64,000 nt of DNA from an uncultured Deinococcaceae bacterium (GCA_964252075.1 CAXULY010000003.1:49459-113458), one strand, 5' to 3'. Positions 9,298 through 18,144 are shown, counted from the first letter of the stretch. Notes: a model not told the origin generated them from the sequence alone. Made by a program: numbers and translations.

Positions 9298-10049
9298 GTG
9301 GTTTCATGGAGTTCCGCCAGCGTCGCGCCCGGCAGGACCTGGCAGGCGTCGAGCAGCGCGAAGGCACACTCACGCAGGTCACCCGAGCGGCGCGGCGCCA
9401 GCTGCACGCTCTTGCTGTGCGGACTCCACGCGAACAAGGCGGCGAGGCGCGGGCTGGAGAGGTAGTTGCTCCATGTGAGGGCGCGGACGGGCTGGCGGAC
9501 GCGGCCGCTCTCCGCGAGGGTCGCGAGGCGCTCACTGATCACGCGCAGCTCCTCGGCGCGCTGGTCGGAGGCCCGCACGTCGGCGCGCAGGCGGCGCTCC
9601 ACGTCCTCGCGCCGCTCGGCGGGCTGCCCGGGCTTCTGCCCTGCCTTGCGCGGGGGCTTCTCGCCCTCGGCGCGCAGGCGGGCCAGTTGCGAGCGCAGCG
9701 CCTCGGTGGCCTTCAGGGCCGTGTAGCCCCACGCCTCCAGCAGCTGCTCGTAGTCCTTGCGGTACAGCAGCACCTCGTGCGTCAGGATGCCCAGCTGCGG
9801 CAGGCCCGGCACCCGCACCCGCAGGCGCTCCGGGTGGGACGTGCTGGCCGTGACCTTCAGGTCCACCACGTAGGCGGACTCCGTGTGCGGGCGGGTCGGG
9901 ATGCTCTCCCAGTCGCGAACACCGTGCGCGAGACCCCACAGGGCCTCCACGAGGGCGTTCGCCCGCCAGCGCGCGAGGGCGCGCGGGTCGGGGGACAGGG
10001 CGGGGCCGGGCAGCGGCGGGGTGGGCGGTTCGGGCAAAGCGAGGGTCAT
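9294..10049 (-). CDS. Putative late-gene regulator (antiterminator/activator position)
   Basis: 251 aa; last early gene just before the late promoter; function inferred from synteny only. Confidence 0.5.
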   Translation of the reverse strand: MTLALPEPPTPPLPGPALSPDPRALARWRANALVEALWGLAHGVRDWESIPTRPHTESAYVVDLKVTASTSHPERLRVRVPGLPQLGILTHEVLLYRKDYEQLLEAWGYTALKATEALRSQLARLRAEGEKPPRKAGQKPGQPAERREDVERRLRADVRASDQRAEELRVISERLATLAESGRVRQPVRALTWSNYLSSPRLAALFAWSPHSKSVQLAPRRSGDLRECAFALLDACQVLPGATLAELHETT

Positions 10050-10447
10050 GGGATCTCCAGGTGGCGCGCGAAGTACAGCGCCTCGTCGAGCGTCCACGCG
10101 CGGCCCACCGGGATTCCGGCGGCGCGCAGCTCGGCGTGGCGGGCGAGTTGTTCCGCCGTGGGGCCATTGCCGGGTTGCTTCAGTTCCAGCCAGGCGGTCA
10201 GGCCGGGCCGGAACACGTACAGGTCAGGGATGCCCTTGGTGGCGAAGACCGAGCCGCCGCGGGCGCTGCCCTTGAAGATCTCCCACACCGACCACCCGTC
10301 GGCGACCAGCTCGCGCTTCACCTGCGCCTGCAGCTCCGCCTCGCTGCTCGCGGGCGGCGCCGGCAACACAGCGGCCGCATCCTGCTGAAACAGGTGCGGG
10401 TGCTTGCGCCGGTAGTCCGCGAGTTGCTCGGGGGTCAATGTGGGCAT
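10046..10447 (-). CDS. VRR-NUC domain endonuclease (Holliday junction resolvase-like)
   Basis: SEAELQAQV...GIPDL...WLELK...TAEQ PD-(D/E)xK motif. Confidence 0.9.
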   Translation of the reverse strand: MPTLTPEQLADYRRKHPHLFQQDAAAVLPAPPASSEAELQAQVKRELVADGWSVWEIFKGSARGGSVFATKGIPDLYVFRPGLTAWLELKQPGNGPTAEQLARHAELRAAGIPVGRAWTLDEALYFARHLEIP

Positions 10448-10508
10448 CCTATGAACCTTGTTTTACGACATTCTTACTGACAGCTCACTTACAAAATACA
10501 CGCCCGGT

Positions 10509-10525
10509 CTACGGGAAAAGCAGAA
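10509..10525. promoter_or_regulatory. Possible RDRM-like (DdrO) operator
   Basis: TTCTGCTTTTCCCGTAG (minus strand), a 17-bp degenerate palindrome in an AT-rich intergenic gap. Confidence 0.35.
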
Positions 10526-10542
10526 TGGATATATTCGCGCGC

Positions 10543-10830
10543 TCAGCGGGCGGCGCGACGCTGACGGCGGGTGGTGTGCTTCCCACGCGCAGGCTTCACG
10601 GAAGGCTGCGCTTCGACGACCAGGCGGATGGACTGAGCCAGCAGCTGGGGGGTGAAGGCGTCCGGCACCGGCCCGGAACTCGCGACATCAATGGCGTGTC
10701 CCAATGACAAACCCGTGGTGTCGGCAAGGTGCAGGGCATAAGCGCGCTCACGCGGCGAAAGCAGCCGGAGGCGCACCTGATCCACCTCCGCCTGGCTCGC
10801 GATGGCCGCCAGGTCCTGCAGCGACCTCAC
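10543..10830 (-). CDS. Phage hypothetical protein
   Basis: GTGA-coupled to the replication gene; 95 aa. Confidence 0.5.
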   Translation of the reverse strand: MRSLQDLAAIASQAEVDQVRLRLLSPRERAYALHLADTTGLSLGHAIDVASSGPVPDAFTPQLLAQSIRLVVEAQPSVKPARGKHTTRRQRRAAR

Positions 10831-12185
10831 GCCTGCACCCGCTCGAACACGCCCCGGAAGTACACCAGCGTGTAATCCCGCCCGTTGTGCAGGTACACGC
10901 GCTCCCCCATCACGCCCTCCACCGTGACGATCTCGTCGCGGCTCACCCGCGACGCCCACCGCTCGCCCGGCACCGGCACGGGCAGCTCGCCACCCGCAAC
11001 CGCACGGCCACGTTCGGCGGCGCCCTCCCCCACCGGCCGGATGGCCGCCACGTCCGTGGGGTTCGCGCGCGACACGCGGCTCGTCGCGCCCTCCGCGTCC
11101 ATCAGCTCGATGTGCCCGTCGAGCAGCTGGTGCACCCGGTACCGCGCGCCCTTGTAGCGCACCGCCGCGCCCACGGCGAGCTCCGGCGGCGCGGCCCCGC
11201 CTGGTGCAGCGCCCGCCGAGGTCACCGCGGGCGGCGCTGCGTCACGCACCTCACCGTCCAGCAGGCGCCGCAACGCCGTCTGCAGCGTCACTTTGCCGTC
11301 CAGCACGCCCGCATCCTGCTGCGCTTGCCGCAAGAGGGTCACCGCGCGCTCCAGCGGCACCTCCGGCCACTCCGCCCGCCGCACGTTCGCCGGCACCACC
11401 GCCCGCAGGTACCGCTCGTCGAGGACCTCGCCGAACACCGCCATGAGCAGCTCCCGCGTCGAGCCGAACAGCGGCCGCGCGGCCGGAACCTTTCTGGAAC
11501 CCTCGGCGGGATCGTCACCTCCCCGCCCGGCACGGGTATCGGATACCTCAGGCGCTTTGGGGGCCTTGAGGGCCGCGTCAGCGGCCCCGCCGCGAGGCGC
11601 GCCCTGTCGTTTCGGCGCAGCCGTCTTCGGTGTGGGCGTGCGCGCTTCATTCGTCTCCCCATCCTTCCCAGTGACGTGCACACTCAGAGGTTCTTCTGAT
11701 GGTTCCACTGACGGTTCCTGACGGTTAGGCGCGGCGGGAGCAGCGCCAGGCGCGGCCTCATCGCCTGTTTCGTCGCTGCATACTGCACCGTTTACCGCTG
11801 CATATTTCACCCCTTTGGTGTCGCGCTTTTCACCCTTTCCAGTCGCACTTTTCGCCTTTTCCAGCACCGCTAAAAGGTGCAGATTTTTCACCCTTTCCGC
11901 GTGGTGCTGCAATCGCTTCAGACTGGCGGGCGGCAGCACGTAGTACCCGCTGGCCTTCCCCCGGCCCGGGCGCGCCTCAATCACCAGCTCGCCGGCCGCC
12001 ACCTGGTCCTGCAAGATCCCCTGCACGGCCCGCTCGCTCAGCAGGCACTTCTCCGCGATCGACGGCACCAGCGGGTAGCAGTACCCCTGATCATCCGCCC
12101 AGTCCGCGAGGGCCAGCATCACCAGCCGGGCGCTGTTCTTCGACAGGGAGGACTCCCACACCTCCGTCATGATCTTGATGCTCAC
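10827..12185 (-). CDS. Phage replication initiator (N-terminal winged HTH, HTH_36-like)
   Basis: MSIKIMTEVWE...RLVMLALADWADDQGYCYP....IAEKC.LSERAVQ; central low-complexity region with EPSVEPS. Confidence 0.85.
   Translation of the reverse strand: MSIKIMTEVWESSLSKNSARLVMLALADWADDQGYCYPLVPSIAEKCLLSERAVQGILQDQVAAGELVIEARPGRGKASGYYVLPPASLKRLQHHAERVKNLHLLAVLEKAKSATGKGEKRDTKGVKYAAVNGAVCSDETGDEAAPGAAPAAPNRQEPSVEPSEEPLSVHVTGKDGETNEARTPTPKTAAPKRQGAPRGGAADAALKAPKAPEVSDTRAGRGGDDPAEGSRKVPAARPLFGSTRELLMAVFGEVLDERYLRAVVPANVRRAEWPEVPLERAVTLLRQAQQDAGVLDGKVTLQTALRRLLDGEVRDAAPPAVTSAGAAPGGAAPPELAVGAAVRYKGARYRVHQLLDGHIELMDAEGATSRVSRANPTDVAAIRPVGEGAAERGRAVAGGELPVPVPGERWASRVSRDEIVTVEGVMGERVYLHNGRDYTLVYFRGVFERVQA
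11799..11898. repeat. Iteron-like direct repeats; probable replication origin inside the initiator gene
   Basis: TTTCACCCCTTT (11805), TTTTCACCCTTTCC (11827), TTTTCGCCTTTTCC (11849), TTTTTCACCCTTTCC (11884) in an AT-rich patch. Confidence 0.7.
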
Positions 12186-12499
12186 CGCGGCGCCCCTTGC
12201 GGCTGCGCGGCGAGCCGCGCGCGCGTCGCGGGCGGCCGCACGATGTAAGAACGCGCGCGCAGCGGCCCGGCGTCCGTCGCGGGGTGAAGCTCAATGAGCA
12301 GTTCACCGGCCGTCACGAGGTCATCCAGGGCGCGGCGCACGCGCCGCTGGCTGAGGTTCGTCAGCCCGGCGATCAGCACGATGGATGGAAAGCAGCGCCC
12401 GGACTCGTCCGCGAAGACCGCGAGGGCCAGCAGGACGAGGAGCGCCGTCCCCTTGCTTGCGGAGGACTCGAAGGCCTCCGAATGGATTCTGTAGCTCAT
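12182..12499 (-). CDS. Stand-alone HTH_36-like winged-helix protein, paralog of the initiator N-terminus
   Basis: MSYRIHSEAFESS..KGTALLVLLALAVFADESGRCFPS...IA....LSQRRV...L...V.AGEL.IE. Confidence 0.75.
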   Translation of the reverse strand: MSYRIHSEAFESSASKGTALLVLLALAVFADESGRCFPSIVLIAGLTNLSQRRVRRALDDLVTAGELLIELHPATDAGPLRARSYIVRPPATRARLAAQPQGAPR

Positions 12500-13020
12500 G
12501 GGTGTGGCCCTTCCTGATGGTGTGGGGTGAGGCAGCGGGCGCGCAGCAGCTCCGCGTGCAGGGAATCGAGATCCAGGGCCTTCAGTCCCTCCCGGCGCGC
12601 CGCCGCCACCTGCGGCAGCGCCCAGAAGGCACCCCGTCGCGCGTCGAGCGCGAGCAGTTCTTCGGTGACCTGATGGCGGTCGAAGGGCGGCAGGCCGTCC
12701 GGACGCGCCAGGGGTGGCGGGGGCGCGCGCCACTCCAGCAGCAGCGCCGCGGGGCGCCCCGCACGCTGGCCCGTCCACACGTGCGGTCGCACATCGATGT
12801 CCGACCAGCCCAGGTGACGGGCGCAGGCCTGCGCGACACTCACCGCCGGCGTCACGTCCTCACGCCACAGCAGCAGGCGCGGCGGATCCGGCGAGCACCG
12901 CACCGCCAGTCCGAACTCCGTCACCAGACTGCCGGGCTGACCGGTGCCCCTGGCGGCCGCCACGAGGTCCCGCAGCCGCTGCCCAAAGGGCACCCCGCCG
13001 CCGGGCTCCGGCGCGCTCAC
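12496..13020 (-). CDS. Phage hypothetical protein
   Basis: GTGA-coupled ORF, 174 aa. Confidence 0.55.
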   Translation of the reverse strand: MSAPEPGGGVPFGQRLRDLVAAARGTGQPGSLVTEFGLAVRCSPDPPRLLLWREDVTPAVSVAQACARHLGWSDIDVRPHVWTGQRAGRPAALLLEWRAPPPPLARPDGLPPFDRHQVTEELLALDARRGAFWALPQVAAARREGLKALDLDSLHAELLRARCLTPHHQEGPHP

Positions 13021-13250
13021 GCCCGCCGCCCTTTCGCGGTCAGCTCGAAGCGGCTGGGCGGCGTGTGGGCCTGCTGGATCAACCCGTCGCGCTCCAGCTC
13101 CAGGCAGGCCGAGCGGTGCACGAAGCGGCCCCGGAGGTACCAACGGCCCGTGCTGGCGTCGAGGTTCAGGGGCGCCCCCCCACGCAGGGCGCGCAGCAGG
13201 TCCTCGCGCGTCACTCGAGCGGCGCCGCGCCTCCCAGCGGTCGCTGTCAC
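13017..13250 (-). CDS. Small phage protein, possible winged helix
   Basis: ...LERDGLI...FELTAKGR wHTH-like ending; GTGA coupling. Confidence 0.5.
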   Translation of the reverse strand: MTATAGRRGAARVTREDLLRALRGGAPLNLDASTGRWYLRGRFVHRSACLELERDGLIQQAHTPPSRFELTAKGRRA

Positions 13251-13534
13251 GGCGCGCCCCCGTCCACCTGCACGCCGCCCACATAGCCCGCCGTCAGGCG
13301 CGCGAGGGCCGCACGCCGCTCGGGCGGCAACCGGTGAACGAATGCAGGCCAGCCCTCCAGCTGCGTCATGCGCGCCACCGTGTTCACCGGCCGCCCCGTG
13401 ACTTCGGCGATCAGCAGCTCGGCGTACTGGGCGACTTCCAGCGTGAGCCCGAAATGCACCCCGCCACGGCTGCGGTCCAGGGCGCTCAACACGAACTCCA
13501 GGACCTCCACCAGCTGGTGCTCGCGCCCCATCAC
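13247..13534 (-). CDS. Phage hypothetical protein
   Basis: 95 aa coupled ORF. Confidence 0.5.
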   Translation of the reverse strand: MMGREHQLVEVLEFVLSALDRSRGGVHFGLTLEVAQYAELLIAEVTGRPVNTVARMTQLEGWPAFVHRLPPERRAALARLTAGYVGGVQVDGGAP

Positions 13535-13743
13535 GCGAAGACCTCCATGAACGCCGCATCAATCGCCTCCGCGGGCACGCAGATCTTGCGCCCGGCGTCC
13601 CTGAGCGACCAGTAGTTGATCTTCGCGGCGCACGTGGGGCAGTACCACGCGTCCATCGCGGTGTTGAAGAACGTCGCGCCCGGCCGCTGGCAGGCCGCCC
13701 TGTTGCAGAGGCCGTCCCGCTGGCCCTTTTTGTCGGGTGTCAA
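13531..13743 (-). CDS. Small Cys-rich phage protein
   Basis: CNRAAC...YCPTCA putative Zn site; coupled. Confidence 0.55.
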   Translation of the reverse strand: MTPDKKGQRDGLCNRAACQRPGATFFNTAMDAWYCPTCAAKINYWSLRDAGRKICVPAEAIDAAFMEVFA

Positions 13744-14030
13744 GCGTCCACCTCCCCCTGAGTCGGCTCCACCCGAAAGTTCTTCTCACCGCACAGCGGG
13801 CAGTAGTACACCCACGCAAACGGCTGGCCCTTGCGTCGAGAGCGCAGCATCGGCACTAGGCTGAGGCCGCCCGTCTCGTGGTTCATGGCCTGTCCCCACT
13901 CGATCAGTCCGGCCTTCACCAGCTGGTCCGCGTGCCCGCACATCTCACTTGGCGCCAGCCACACAGCCTTCACGATTTCGAGCTGATCTGGTGCTGTCGC
14001 TTCTTCAGCGTGTTGATCCGCCCCAGTCAC
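13740..14030 (-). CDS. Phage hypothetical protein with YCPLCG motif
   Basis: 96 aa coupled ORF. Confidence 0.5.
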   Translation of the reverse strand: MTGADQHAEEATAPDQLEIVKAVWLAPSEMCGHADQLVKAGLIEWGQAMNHETGGLSLVPMLRSRRKGQPFAWVYYCPLCGEKNFRVEPTQGEVDA

Positions 14031-14434
14031 GCGCCCTCACCCGCACCTTCGCGTGCTTCCACAGCGTCGCGCATCGCGTCCAGCTCCGCCTGCACCGCCG
14101 CGCGCCACTCCGCGCCGTGCACGCGCGCAAGGTTCAGGAGGTGTTCCAGCGCCCAGGCGCACTCAATTTCCATGCGCTTCGGGATCTCGTGGCCACCCAC
14201 GCGGTACGCGCCCGCGAGGTTCACCCACCACATCCAGCCCAGCTTCAGCACCTCGCGCTCCGCCGCGCTCACGGCCTCCAGGCGCGGCACCTGGGTGCGC
14301 AACTCCTCCAGCTCCGTCAGTGCGTCGTCGATCAGCAGGTCGTCGTCATCCGCCCGGGCGGGAATGTGAACCCTGCCCCGGCCCTGAACGAACCGCTGGA
14401 GCGCAATCCGCGCCTCCTTCAAATCCACACTCAC
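14027..14434 (-). CDS. Phage hypothetical protein
   Basis: 135 aa coupled ORF; HIPARADDDDLLI. Confidence 0.55.
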   Translation of the reverse strand: MSVDLKEARIALQRFVQGRGRVHIPARADDDDLLIDDALTELEELRTQVPRLEAVSAAEREVLKLGWMWWVNLAGAYRVGGHEIPKRMEIECAWALEHLLNLARVHGAEWRAAVQAELDAMRDAVEAREGAGEGA

Positions 14435-14976
14435 GCTGTCCTCCCCTGTTCCGCCGGCTCACCCACGGGCTGCCCGAGCGGCGACTCGACGGGCTTGGGT
14501 GGAGGCGGGCCGCGCTTCACCAGCACCTGGAACGCCACCTCCGTCACAACCACGTCGTTGTAGTGGTGCTCGACGCGCTTGCCGCGCCGCGCGAACACCC
14601 GCGCCTGCTGCGCGCCGCACCTGGTGCACGTCGAAGCGTAGAAGTAGTCCAGCCGCCCGTCCCCGTGCATGCTCATGCCCCAGCTGTGCTCGCAGTGGGT
14701 CATGCGCTGCGCGTCGTCGCTGATCACCACGGCGGCCGTGCCGTCAGGCAACGTCCAGTCCTGGAAGCGGGGCACGAGAAAGCCCGCGTCTCGCGCGACG
14801 GTCGCACACTCCGTGTCGCCCGGCTCCTGATTCGTGGTCCGCCAGCACATGAGCCGCTGGCGCTCCCCGCGCGTCTGCACCTGCACGTGCAGTCCGGAGC
14901 GCAGCTTGCGGTGCACGCCCTTCGGCTGGTCACGGCTCTGGTGCAGCAGGTCGGCCAGGATCTCCTGAAGGGTCAC
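14431..14976 (-). CDS. Phage hypothetical protein with C-terminal Cys motifs
   Basis: GTG start overlapping upstream TGA; CEHSW...CTRCG. Confidence 0.55.
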   Translation of the reverse strand: MTLQEILADLLHQSRDQPKGVHRKLRSGLHVQVQTRGERQRLMCWRTTNQEPGDTECATVARDAGFLVPRFQDWTLPDGTAAVVISDDAQRMTHCEHSWGMSMHGDGRLDYFYASTCTRCGAQQARVFARRGKRVEHHYNDVVVTEVAFQVLVKRGPPPPKPVESPLGQPVGEPAEQGRTA

Positions 14977-15269
14977 GAGGCCTCCCCCCGCAGCGCGTCG
15001 CCGAGCGTGGTCATGAGCTGGCTCCAGGGCATCAGCGCCTGCACGGTGCTGTCCGGAATGTTGGCCTTCAGGATCCGGTAGGCGGTGAGCCAGCGATCGC
15101 GCGGCAGCTCGACCTCGATCATGGGTGCGCCGCTCTCCCAGCGTTCCCACTGCGGTGAGCCCGGTGGGCCTTCTGCCGCCTCCTCGATGTCCACCGACAG
15201 TTCTGGATTCCGCTGACTGAGGAAGCCCGCGAGAAACGCGATGGCGTGGCGGTGCAGGGTGAGCCTCAC
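14973..15269 (-). CDS. Phage hypothetical protein
   Basis: GTGA-coupled ORF, 98 aa. Confidence 0.45.
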   Translation of the reverse strand: MRLTLHRHAIAFLAGFLSQRNPELSVDIEEAAEGPPGSPQWERWESGAPMIEVELPRDRWLTAYRILKANIPDSTVQALMPWSQLMTTLGDALRGEAS

Positions 15270-15748
15270 GCGAGCACCCCCCATGCGCGCAGGTACGCGA
15301 GGAGGGCCGCGGTGCCGGGGTGCATGGACTGGCCCCGGCCGCGCCGCCAGCCTGTCTCGGAGCGCAGGGACACGCGGGCCACCCATTCGGTCGAGGAGTA
15401 CCCACGGTGGATGCCTTGCTTGGGCGGGACGCGGGGCAGGTCCACCGTGCTGAGCCGCAGCGCACCGCGCCGCTGGAAGGGATCGGTGAGGCGCTGCGTG
15501 ATGATCGTCAGCACTTTCCCGTCGCCGTGCTCCGCGAAGCCACACCGGTACTGGGGCTGCACGGTCAGCCCGTAACCATACGCGGAGATGTCCCAGCCGG
15601 GCTCGGCCTGCACGGTGTCGCCGTTCAGGGACTGCACCGTTGCCCGCTGGGCGTCATCGCCGTCCGGCACCAGGGCCAGCAGCTCCAAGAGGCGGTCCAG
15701 CTGGAACGCCGGGTCACGCTCGAAGGTCAGGGATACCGGGCCGGTCAC
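15266..15748 (-). CDS. Phage hypothetical protein
   Basis: GTGA-coupled ORF, 160 aa. Confidence 0.45.
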   Translation of the reverse strand: MTGPVSLTFERDPAFQLDRLLELLALVPDGDDAQRATVQSLNGDTVQAEPGWDISAYGYGLTVQPQYRCGFAEHGDGKVLTIITQRLTDPFQRRGALRLSTVDLPRVPPKQGIHRGYSSTEWVARVSLRSETGWRRGRGQSMHPGTAALLAYLRAWGVLA

Positions 15749-16029
15749 GCGGGCACCCCCGCAGCCATCAGCGCCCACGCCTCGTCCTGCGCGTCCTCGC
15801 CGTCGCGCGTAACAGCCCACGCGCGCTCATGGGCACTGGCCTGGATCGCGACCGCGTACCCGTCGGAAGCGAGGCGGCTGAGGGCGCGCAGGACGAAGGT
15901 CGGCGTGGTGCGCCAGCCACGGGCGCGCACCCGGCGAATCACGTCACCCAGGGACGCGGGCGCTGCGCTCAGCACCAGCAGCGTGAGCAGCTGCCGCGAA
16001 CGGTACCCCTCGCAGAACGTGCGCTTCAC
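15745..16029 (-). CDS. Small winged-helix-like phage protein
   Basis: ...VLRALSRLASDGYAV...WAVTRDG. Confidence 0.5.
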   Translation of the reverse strand: MKRTFCEGYRSRQLLTLLVLSAAPASLGDVIRRVRARGWRTTPTFVLRALSRLASDGYAVAIQASAHERAWAVTRDGEDAQDEAWALMAAGVPA

Positions 16030-16460
16030 GGACGCACCTCCGTGGACGTGGCCGCCTCGACCAGCGCGATGAAACGCGCGAGCTGCGCGGCCTGCCGCTG
16101 CAGTTCATCGTGCGCGTCCTGCAGGTGGTGCTCCAGCTGCAACGCCGCACCGTCGCGCGCGGCCGCCAGCTGACGGCGCAACTCCTCCAGGTCGCTGGGG
16201 CCCGCGCGGCGCCAGTCCACCCACGGGGCGGGCTGCGCCTCGAAGCTCACGAACTCCTCGAAGCTCGGGCGGTCGTCGCCGGGCTCCAGCTCGTAACTCT
16301 CCTCCAGGCGGTCCAGCTCGCCGTCCGAGATCTCGTGGGACACCTCCAGGTGCCGGTTCCAGTCGTCGCCGTACACCCCCGCCGCGGCGTCCGTGGGGAA
16401 CTCCAGGAAGTACGTCCAGTGCTGCGGGTCGTTGCTGTACTCGAAGGCGTACACGGCCAT
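16026..16460 (-). CDS. Acidic phage hypothetical protein with coiled-coil tail
   Basis: ATG overlapping upstream TGA; 144 aa. Confidence 0.5.
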   Translation of the reverse strand: MAVYAFEYSNDPQHWTYFLEFPTDAAAGVYGDDWNRHLEVSHEISDGELDRLEESYELEPGDDRPSFEEFVSFEAQPAPWVDWRRAGPSDLEELRRQLAAARDGAALQLEHHLQDAHDELQRQAAQLARFIALVEAATSTEVRP

Positions 16461-16966
16461 CAGCGGCCTCCCCACGACAATGCGGGCGGTTCGTCGGTGT
16501 TGGTGATCTGCTCGGCCAGCGTGCGGCCGTTGCCGAGGACGCGGTACGGGGCGAGGGCCAGCAGGGCATCCGTGCTGGTCAGGTCGGCGTACTCCAACTG
16601 CGCGCGCAGCATCAAGAGCAGCGCCCGCCAGCGGGCATCCGTGGCCTGCTGAACTGCCTCTGCAGTGGTGAAAGCCTGACCAGAGTACTGGCGCTTCTTA
16701 GGGCGCGGTGTCCAGCCGCTCCCCGCGTTCGGGTTGCGGTAGTGCGTGAACTCCTGCGCGCTCGGGTTCGGGAGAGGCAACACGATCCGGTGCGGCTGGC
16801 CGCCGAAGACGAAGGCCAGGGTGACGAGGTAACGCTCAGTGTCCTGCGCCACGCCGAACTGCGCGCAGCCGAACTTCTGGAGAAGTGCTTCGATTTCCTG
16901 GCGCGTCCGTTGGGCGGTCACGTCGGTGTTTTGAGCGTATCGGCGGGATCCTTTGGTGCTGGTCAT
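16460..16966 (-). CDS. Conserved phage hypothetical protein
   Basis: YAQNTDV...TRQEIE.LL.KFG...RWRALLL.LRAQLE...GRTLAE, a widespread early-region family. Confidence 0.7.
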   Translation of the reverse strand: MTSTKGSRRYAQNTDVTAQRTRQEIEALLQKFGCAQFGVAQDTERYLVTLAFVFGGQPHRIVLPLPNPSAQEFTHYRNPNAGSGWTPRPKKRQYSGQAFTTAEAVQQATDARWRALLLMLRAQLEYADLTSTDALLALAPYRVLGNGRTLAEQITNTDEPPALSWGGR

Positions 16967-17340
16967 GCTGCCACTCCCTCGCAGGCGGAGCACAGGTCCG
17001 GCGTCACCCACGCGCATGGGCCGTCTTCGTCATCGCACGGCCAGAACTCCGAGCAGCCGCACACGCGGCACGCGCGGCCGGTGGTGGCCGCTGCATAAAC
17101 GCGCCGGGCCTCCACTTCGGGCACGGCGAGCACCCAGGTGTCAGTTCCAGCGAGCTGCGCCAGCTTCAGATTGACCAGACCCTCCAGGGCCTCACGCAGT
17201 TCAGCGTCGGGCGGCGTGAGGATTTCCCTGGCTGCCTGCCAGGGGAAGGGCTGCACCAGCAGCGGCAGAAGGCCCACCTGCAGGTCAGTCAGGCGGGCGG
17301 CGAACTCATCGGGGGTTGATGGGGGTGATGTAGGTTGCAT
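16963..17340 (-). CDS. Phage protein with C-terminal Zn finger
   Basis: CRVCGCS...C...C.WV..DLCSAC. Confidence 0.65.
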   Translation of the reverse strand: MQPTSPPSTPDEFAARLTDLQVGLLPLLVQPFPWQAAREILTPPDAELREALEGLVNLKLAQLAGTDTWVLAVPEVEARRVYAAATTGRACRVCGCSEFWPCDDEDGPCAWVTPDLCSACEGVAA

Positions 17341-17397
17341 GGGCAGCTCCGAGAAGGGGTCGGGCGACCGCTGGGGGGCGGTCGCCCGACGTGTGAA

Positions 17398-18144
17398 TCA
17401 GCCGGGCAGCAGGCGGGCCTGCTGGTGGCGGGCTTGAAGGTCGGTCCAGCTGAGCTTGTCGAGGATGTCGCGCTTGTACGCGGTGCGGCTCAGGCCGGTC
17501 TTGCCGAGCTGATCGAGCAGCTGCTCGGTGATGGTGTCGCGGCCCTCCTCGCCGTCCGGGATGCCGGGCAGGTCCGCGAAGTCCGCCTCCTGCACGCCGT
17601 CACTGAGGTGGGGAACGGGCCTGGCGGCGCGCTGCGGCGCGGGGGCGGGCGTGCGGGCGGGTGGCGCCTGGCGCTGCGGAGGGGTGGGGGCGGCCACTGC
17701 ACCCTGCCGGGCGGCCTGCGGGCTGGCGTAGCGCTCCTGGCGCTTGCCGCCGCGGAAGACCGCGAGGGTGACGTACTCGATCTCGCCGTCCGCCTTCTCG
17801 CGCAAGTGCTCCGGGTCGGTGGGGCGCGCGCCGCGCGAGTACTTCACGGCCTTCGGCAGGCGCAGCTTCTTGCTGTCCACCGCTTCCAGCTCGCGGCGCT
17901 TGTACACGTACCCCCGGCAGTACACGGCGTCGCCATCGTCGGTGGTGAAGCGCCGAGCGCCGAGCAGGCACCAGTCGAAGTCCGCCTCGTTCTCCAGCGG
18001 GAACTGGTACCCGCCCGCCGGCACGTCGCCGCTCGTCCAGCCAAGGCGACCGTACCGGCGCTGCACGTCAAGCAGCTGCTCGGGCGCGTCCACGTCCACC
18101 GTGACGCGGGCGCCCAGGTCGGTGACAAAGTGAATCTGAATCAT
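17398..18144 (-). CDS. ddrB: Prophage-encoded DdrB-family ssDNA-binding/annealing protein with C-terminal extension
   Basis: MIQIHFVTDLGARVTV...LLDVQRRYGRLGWTSG..P.GGYQFP.ENEADFDW...RRELEAVDS.KL.LP.A.KYSRGA...REKADG.IEYV.LA.FRGGKRQERYA closely matches recalled Deinococcus DdrB. Confidence 0.93.
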   Translation of the reverse strand: MIQIHFVTDLGARVTVDVDAPEQLLDVQRRYGRLGWTSGDVPAGGYQFPLENEADFDWCLLGARRFTTDDGDAVYCRGYVYKRRELEAVDSKKLRLPKAVKYSRGARPTDPEHLREKADGEIEYVTLAVFRGGKRQERYASPQAARQGAVAAPTPPQRQAPPARTPAPAPQRAARPVPHLSDGVQEADFADLPGIPDGEEGRDTITEQLLDQLGKTGLSRTAYKRDILDKLSWTDLQARHQQARLLPG

